DNA of 64,000 nucleotides, taken from the NCBI GenBank assembly GCA_002269645.1, contig NIVC01001195.1, positions 62,001 through 126,000 on the forward strand, in the 5' to 3' direction. Made by a program: the position numbers and the translations under genes. Positions 54,001 through 62,600 of this stretch are shown here, piece after piece (within the stretch, counting starts at the first letter, position 1; every line of letters starts with the position of its first letter). This DNA comes from Macrostomum lignano (taxonomy: Eukaryota). The notes beneath the pieces were generated by a model that did no database searches, was not told the origin of the DNA, and saw only the letters and a list, made by a program, of their open reading frames with translations.

Positions 54001-56239
54001 GCTTGTAGAAAACGCAAAAAGAAACGCAAAGTAAAGCGAAGGAGTGATGGCTTAAGTTACAGTATGCCCACAGGTAAAGAGGTGTGTCAGTACAAGAGCT
54101 ATTTAGCATGTTGGGATTTGTGATTATCAATACACTAAGAATGATCAGAACCGTTGAAAGTTAAGCAGAGCTGACAGCGGTTAGTAAACTCAGAATTTTC
54201 TTATCAAAGTTTGACAACTTGCTGAGCGGGAGTTGCACAGGTATACTCATTCACTGAGTCACTCACTCATTCACTCAGTCACTCACTCACTCAGTCACTC
54301 ACTCAGTCTCTCGCTCACTCACACAATCCCCACTAGCTTAATTGTCCCTCTGCACAGCCATAAAAGTGTAATTGAAAACCCACCATTGGCTCATTGGTGT
54401 TCTTCTGAAACTGCACCAGTCTGACTCGGGTGACATTGTCGGGTTCGGCGTCCAGGCCGCCTTCGTCGGCAACGTCACCGTTCAGGTAGGAGGACAGCGG
54501 CGGCGGGGTCACCCGGATGGCCTGGTCGCTGTACACGTCGTGGGCGAGCACATCGTGGGCTTGAAGGAGCGCCTGCAGAGTTAAGGGTAGGATTTAGTGG
54601 GAAATATAGGATTGGCTCTAGAGTTTTGTTTGAACATCATTTATTAAGCAGTCAGTATGTGGCGCCGATGGGGAAGCCAGTGTGGCGCCGATGGGGAAGC
54701 CAGTGTGGCGCCCATAAAGAAACCAGTGTGGCGCCCATAAAGAAACTAGTGTGGCGCCCATAAGGAAACCAGTGTGGCGCCCATAAGGAAACCAGTGTGG
54801 CGCCCATAAGGAAACCAGTGTGGCGCCGATAAGGAAGCCAGTGTGGCGCCGATAGGGAAGCCAGTGTGGCGCCGATTGGGAAGCCAGTGTGGCGCCCATA
54901 AAGAAACCAGTGTGGCGCCCATAAGTAAACCAGTGTGGCGCCAATAAGGAAACCAGTGTGGCGCCCATAAGGAAACTAGTGTGGCGCCCATAAGGAAACC
55001 AGTGTGGCGCCCATAAGTAAACCAGTGTGGCGCCCATAAGTAAACCAGTGTGGCGCCAATAAGGAAACCAGTGTGGCGCCCATAAGGAAACCAGTGTGGC
55101 GCCGATGGGGAAGCCAGTGTGGCGCCCATAAAGAAACCAGTGTGGCGCCCATCAAGAAACCAGTGTGGCGCCCATAAGGAAACCAGTGTGGCGTCCATAA
55201 AGAAACCAGTGTGGCGCCCATAAGTAAACCAGTGTGGCGCCCATAAGTAAACCAGTGTGGCGCCAATAAGGAAACCAGTGTGGCGCCCATAAGGAAACTA
55301 GTGTGGCGCCCATAAGGAAACCAGTGTGGCGCCCATAAGTAAACCAGTGTGGCGCCCATAAGTAAACCAGTGTGGCGCCAATAAGGAAACCAGTGTGGCG
55401 CCCATAAGGAAACCAGTGTGGCGCCGATGGGGAAGCCAGTGTGGCGCCCATAAAGAAACCGGTGTGGCGCCCATCAAGAAACCAGTGTGGCGCCCATAAG
55501 GAAACCAGTGTGGCGTCCATAAAGAAACCAGTGTGGCGCCCATAAGTAAACCAGTGTGGCGCCCATAAGTAAACCAGTGTGGCGCCCAAAAGTAAAACAG
55601 TGTGGCGCCAATAAGGAAGTCAGTGTGGCACCCATAAGGAAGCCAGTGTGGCACCAAAAAGACAGCTAGTGTGGCGCCAAAAAGACAGCCAGTGTGGCGC
55701 CAAAAAGACAGCCAGTTTGGCGCCAAAAAGACAGCCAGTGTGGCGCCAAAAAGGAAGCCAGTGTGGCGCCAAAAATGCAGCCAGTGTGACGCCGATAGGG
55801 AAGCCAGTGTGGCGCCAAAAGGAACCTATGCAGTCTGGTAATAAGGAAGCCAGTGTGGCGCCAACAGGGAAGTCAGTGTGGCGCTAATAAGGAAGCCAGT
55901 GTGAAGGCCAGAGCAATACTAATGTAAAAAAGCAATCACTGGCCGATACGAGGCTCTCCAGTGCATCACCATTGCATACGGCTGCACCCGCTGATAACGA
56001 TCGGGCACTGCTGCAGAGCAAGGCTTGCCAAAGCCACAAATTCTCAAAGTCAGTCAGGCAAAAATGTTCGGTCAAAATGCTAGTTAACTGACCTCAAGGC
56101 ACTGCACTATTGTTAAAAAAATAATTTTATTCACTGTTAGCTCTCAATAACTCTATTGCATTGGAGAACTTGTGGAAGCCTTCTAGGCTGGTGTTAATGA
56201 CTGGGAATATATGGTGGGAAAACAAACAAATAATGGACT

Positions 56240-56270
<31 letters not shown>

Positions 56271-56392
56271 CGACAGACAGACACTCTGACAGGCAGACAG
56301 ACAGACAGACAGACACAGATAGACAGACAGACAGGCAGACAGACAGACAGACAGACAGACAGACACAGACAGACAGGCAGACAGACAGACAC

Positions 56393-56463
<71 letters not shown>

Positions 56464-56580
56464 GGCAGACACTCTGACAGGCAGACAGACAGACAGACAG
56501 ACACAGATAGACAGACAGACAGGCAGACAGACAGACAGACAGACAGACAGACACAGACAGACAGGCAGACAGACAGACAC

Positions 56581-56639
<59 letters not shown>

Positions 56640-59600
56640 CAGACAGACAGGCAGACACAGGCAGGCGCTCACCCAGATGACGAGGTCATCCTTACTCAGC
56701 CCGCACTGCGGGGCGAGCAGCTGCCGGCAGCGGGGGCGGCACCGCTCGCACTGGCAGAGCAGCTGGCCAGCTGCCGCGGGCTGCATCAAAATCCCCTGGC
56801 CGCTACTCAAGAGCAGCTCCGAATTCCGATTGATCGATCGCTGCTAAGCAAGGCCTCTTCTGACAGCCAACAACTGAGCTTTCGGGTTTTTCCTACCTCA
56901 GGACCTGGCGCTGGGCAGCTCGGAATTTATGCGCGAGGAGACGACCAGGAATGGAGGGGGCGGGCCGGGACCCCCCATTCGCAGCAGAAGTGAATCGCGC
57001 AGAACAAGCGCAGCGCGGTGCGGCACGGCTGGGGAGTGGCCGGTGGGTCGAAGCGAAAATCCCACGCGAAGCATACTTTTATTAATCTAATCTCTGCTGG
57101 ATTAGCAACAGCACACAACTGCTGACTGGCAGCTGCGGCTCTCCCCGTTCCATCGGAATTTTCCTCTCTGCCTGCCTGCCTGTCAGTCAGTCAGTCAGTC
57201 AGTCAGTCAGTCAGTCAGTCAGTCAGTCAGTCAGTCAGTCAGTCAGTCAGTCAGTCAGTCAGTCAGTCAGTCAGTCAGTCAGTCAGTCAGTCAGTCAGTC
57301 AGTCAGTCAGTCAGTCAGTCAGTCAGTCAGTCAGTCAGTCAGTCAGTCAGTCAGTCAGTCAGTCAGTCAGTCAGTCAGTCAGTCAGTCAGTCAGTCAGTC
57401 AGTCAGTCAGTCAGTCAGTCAGTCAGTCAGTCAGTCAGTCAGTCAGTCAGTCAGTCAGTCAGTCAGTCAGTCAGTCAGTCAGTCAGTCAGTCAGTCAGTC
57501 AGTCAGTCAGTCAGTCAGTCAGTCAGTCAGTCAGTCAGTCAGTCAGTCAAATTCTAATCTCCCAATCGATCGAGCAGCCCAGACTCTGCAGGGCATCCAT
57601 TTGGCAGAGGCAGTGGGCGGTGTTGGGAAAAACCGGACACAGCACAGTCTGTCTGCATGCTAGCACAGAGAGACTCCCGCAGTCAGAAGATTAATGCCCA
57701 CAGGGGGAAGAGACATGAAATTAAAGTTTGTCAGTCTGCAGGCGCCGTGCCGGACCCGCCACTTGCGGGGGCTGCACACTCTTGCAGTTGTAAATTCTGC
57801 ATAAAAAAGTGAAAATAAAAGTTCCCAGGCACAGAAGTAGCTGGTGGAAAAACGCTAAAATGTTAGGCATTGCAATTCGCGGATTCAAACTGCCTTTCTG
57901 CTGCCTGGAGCCATTTTGGCTGACGAAGGTGCACCAGTGTGAAAGAATGGGTGCCTGGGCATGCTGGAAGGAGGGGTATTTTAGCATCACTGAAGCTGCA
58001 TGGCACCAAGAAGGGGTATTTTGGCGCCAAGAGGCTGTCTAGCGCCAAGAAGGGGTATTTTGGCGCCAAGAAAGAAGGGATATTTTGGCGGCAAGAAAAA
58101 CTATTTTGGCGCCACGCAGACATCGCGACACTGATAACTGACAGTTCGATTCAGTGAGGCCTCAATTCTCCCTCATCGCCCCACGCCCCGGCAGCTGCTC
58201 ACCCTGAAGTGCGGCTGCAGCAGCAGCTCCCGCAGCTCCATGCAGTCGCTGTAGAAATCCCTGGAGCGGCACTGGCCGATGCTGTCGAGAACATCCCGGC
58301 CGAGGCTGACCGCTTTGTCCGGGATCTGTCCGCGAATGGCCGAGCCGCTCAGATTGCGACTGTTGATGTGATCGTACAGCTGGGGAAGTGGCCGGGACGG
58401 GTTGAGGATCAGCTTTCGGAGTACACGATGCACTTTGTATTTACATTAAAACAGTTAGTCAATTAGATTGAAAAACAATTTAATACTACTGTTCACTGAA
58501 GGAAATTAAGAATGTGGCACTGAGGGAATTTAGAGTGTGGCACTGAGGGAATTCAGAGTGTGGCATTGAGGGAATTCAGAGTGTGGCATTGAGGGAATTC
58601 AGAGTGTGGCATTGAGGGAATTCAGAGTGTGGCATTGAGGGAATTCAGAGTGTGGCATTGAGGGAATTCAGAGTGTGGCATTGAGGGAATTCAGAGTGTG
58701 GCACTCGGGGAATTCAGAGTGGCACTGGGAGAGTTCAGAGTGTGGCACTGGGGGAATTCAGAGTGCAGCACTAGGGAAATTCAGAGTGTGGTACTGGGGG
58801 AATTCAGAGTGCAGCACTGGGGGAATTCAGAGTGCGGCACCGGTGGAATTCAGAGGGTGGCATTAAGGGAATTCAGGGTGTGGGTGTGGCACTGGGGGAA
58901 TTCAGAGTGCAGCACTAGGGAAATTCAGAGTGTGGTACTGGGGGAATTCAGAGTGCAGCACTGGGGGAATTCAGAGTGTGGCACTGGGGGAATTCAGAGT
59001 GCAGCACTGGGGGAATTCAGAGTGCAGCACTGGGGGAATTCAGAGTGCGGCACTGGGGAGGATTCAGAATGTGGCATTGGGGGAATTCAGAGTGTGGCAC
59101 TGGAAGAATTTAAAGTGTGGCACTGGGGGAATTCAGAGTGCGGCATTGGGGGAATTCAGAGTGCGGCACTGGGGGGGGGATTCAGAATGTGGCACTGGGG
59201 GAATTCAGAGTGCGGCACTGGGGGAATTCAGAGTGCGGCACTGGGGGGATTCAGAGTGCGGCACTGGGGGAATTCAGAGTGTGGCACTGGGGGAATTCAG
59301 AGTGCGGCATTGGGGGAATTCAGAGTGCGGCACTGGGGGAATTCAGAGTGCGGCACTGGGGGAATTCAGAGTGCGGCACTGGGGGGGATTCAGAGTGCGG
59401 CACTGGGGGAATTCAGAGTGTGGCACTAAAGTATTCAATAGATTGATAGAATAGATTGGCTACAGTAGCCAGCAGCCTCCTATACAGTGCAACAGATCTC
59501 ATTCCCCTATCTGCACGAGATGCAAAGCAGCAGCAGGAGTCACTCGGACTCGAGGATGGGACAGACGATAACAAAGTTAGCAGGCGCCAGTCCACTACAA

Positions 59601-62600
59601 AACAATACACGCATGAGTATTCTGCAAACTCGCAGACCAGCCGCCAACCCCCCCCCCCCTGGGGATTCGGGGAAACTCGGGATATCCCCGAAATTCAAAT
59701 TCTGCACTCAGAGGCCAGCCCATAGCCGGAAGGCAGGCGGAAAATTCAAATTTAGCTTTGTTTACTGTATGCATCATATCGGATAGATCTGTATAAATAA
59801 TACAACTTATAACTGAAAAAGAGTAGAGATGTCGAAACATTTATGGAAAAAAGTTAATAAAAAAGATAAATAAATGAAAATGAATGCTGCTAAAATTGGA
59901 CTTCAGACTCACCTCGAGCAGCGAATGCAGGGTGTCATTTTCGAACACCGACTGCAGCAGGTCTCGATCGCCTTCGTTGCACTCGGTGAGGCACTGCATA
60001 TCCTCCAGGCTGTCCAACACTGCTGACACGGCTGCAGGGTTGGCATGGGGTGGCATTTTCGAAGGCTATGGAGACGATAGGAGCAATATAAAACTGCCTA
60101 TCTGGGAGACTGGCTCAGCAACTGAAGATCTGGGAGGCTGGCCCGGCAACTGAGGATCTGGGAGGCTGGTTGCCCTGCAACTGGGGGATCTGAGAGGCTG
60201 GCTGCCCAGCAACTGAGGATCTGGGAGGCTGGCCCAGCAACTGAGGAGCTGGGAGACTGGCCCAGCAACTGAGGATCTGGGAGGCTGGCCAAGCAACTGA
60301 GGATCTGGAAGGCTGGCCCAGCAACTGAGGATCTGGAAGGCTGGCCCAGCAACTGAGGATCTGGGAGGCTGGCCAAGCAACTGAGGATCTGGAAGGCTGG
60401 CCCAGCAACTGGGGATCTGGGAGGCTGGCCCAGCAACTGAGGATCTGGGAGGCTGGCCAAGCAACTGAGGATCTGGGAGGCTGGCTGGCCCAGCAACTGA
60501 GGATCTGGGAGGCTGGCCCAGCAACTGAGGAGCTGGGAGACTGGCCCAGCAACTGAGGATCTGGGAGGCTGGCCCAGCAACTGGGGATCTGGGAGGCTGG
60601 ACAAGTAACTGGGGATCTGGAAGAGTCTGTGTCCCAGCATGAGGAACTAAAAAGGTCGGTACGCAAATGACATTTATACAGTATTAGTACAGCAGGCCTC
60701 TGATCAAGCGAAGACTGTACGCAGCGCTCACTATGGCCGAGACAAATCTGCAGTCAGCAAAAGATGCTGACAGATGCAGGGCCAACTCTCGGCTGCACAT
60801 AACTGAGTTCAATCTCTCACAAGTGTAACATAGTCTGTAGCTGCGGGTGGGGGCTACGACTGCCGGAAATTGTGAGGCACTTGATATGTTATATTTCCAT
60901 TACTCTTTTTTATAACTACTTACTAAATTTAAATTACTGATATTAAGCAACACAAGGATCTGAGAGTCTGTCTACGAGCATGGGGAGCTGGGAGAGTCTG
61001 TGTCCCAGCATGGGGATCTGGGAGAGTCTGCGTCCCAGCATGGGGATCTGGGAGTCTGTCTACGAGCATGGGGAGCTGGGAGAGTCTGTGTCCCAGCATG
61101 GGGATCTGGGAGAGTCTGCGTCCCAGCATGGGGATCTGGGAGTCTGTCTACGAGCATGGGGAGCTGGGAGAGTCTGTGTACCATTATTGGGGATCCGGAA
61201 GTCTTTCTCCCAACATGGGGATCTAAGAAAGTCTGTATGCAGCGCTCACTATGGCCCAAACAAATCCCCAATCAGCAAGAGGTACTGACAGATGCAGGGC
61301 CAACTCTCGGCTGCACATAACTGAGTTCAATCTCTCACAAGTGTAACATAGTCTGTAGCTGGAAAAGTTTCAATGCTAAGACTGCCGGAAGTTGTGAGAA
61401 CTCTGCTTTAACCAAGCTTCTGCATCTGTAAGCTGTAATAGGATTTCGAGTCTACATTTCAATAACCAACCAACCTCAAGCCTGGTCTCTGAGTGTGGAT
61501 CTAAGAACAATTTTAACACTTGGAAAAATTAACTTTTAGAGCTGAGGAAAGGAAAAATCTGACAGTGCAAATGTCAATACATCAACGGCTTCTCAGAAGC
61601 TGGGAGAATTCTGCAAACTAAGCCGAATTGGCAGGGCAATCCATCAAAACAGTAAATAATTAACAAGTTTCAACTGGCACAGTTTATCCCAATCATGCTG
61701 TCGATGCTAACAGAATCTGCCTCTCCACTCTTTCATGCCTTGAGAATCTTCCTCTCCGCTCCTTCAGGCCTTGAGAATCTTCCTCTCCGCTCTTTCATGC
61801 CTTGAGAATCTTCCTCTCCGCTCTTTCATGCCTTGAGAATCTGCCTCTCCGCTCTTTCATGCCTTGAGAATCTGCCTCTCCGCTCTTTCATGCCTTGAGA
61901 ATCCGCCTCTCCGCTCCTTCAGGCCTTATAAATCTGCCTCTCCGCTCCTTCAGGCCTTAAGAATCTGCCTCTCCGCACTCTCTCAGTCCTTGAGAATCTG
62001 CCTCTCCGCACTCTCTCAGTCCCTGAGAATCTGCCTCTCCGCACTCTCAGTCCCTGAGAATCTGTCTCTCCGCTCTTTCATGCCTTGAGAATCTGCCTCT
62101 CCGCTCTTTCATGCCTGCCTCTCCGCTCTTTCAGGCATTGAGAATCTGCCTCCGCTCTTTCAGACCTTGAGAATCTGCCTCTCCGCCGCCTCAGTCCCTG
62201 AGAATCTGCCTCTACGCTGCCTCAGTCCCTGAGAATCTGCCTCTCCGCTGCCTCAGTCCTTGAGAATCTGCCTCTCCGCTGCCTCAGTCCCTGAGAATCT
62301 GCCTCTCCGCCGCCTCAGTCCCTGAGAATCTGCCTCTCCGCACTCTCTCAGTCCTTGAGAATCTGCCTCTCCGCACTCTCTCAGTCCTTGAGAATCTGCC
62401 TCTACGCTGCCTCAGTCCCTGAGAATCTGCCTCTCCGCTGCCTCAGTCCTTGAGAATCTGCCTCTCCGCTGCCTCAGTCCCTGAGAATCTGCCTCTCCAC
62501 CTCCTCAGTCCTTGAGAATCTGTCTTCACTCTTAATCTATCCGTTTCTGCACGCAGAAGAACACACAAAGGTTAAATATCTACCTGACACAGACGAAGCC

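Noticed and set aside
52542-55726. Long repetitive ORFs ([15 protein letters not shown].., [12 protein letters not shown]..)
   Set aside because: Translations of 16-bp and 23-bp minisatellites in CASK introns.
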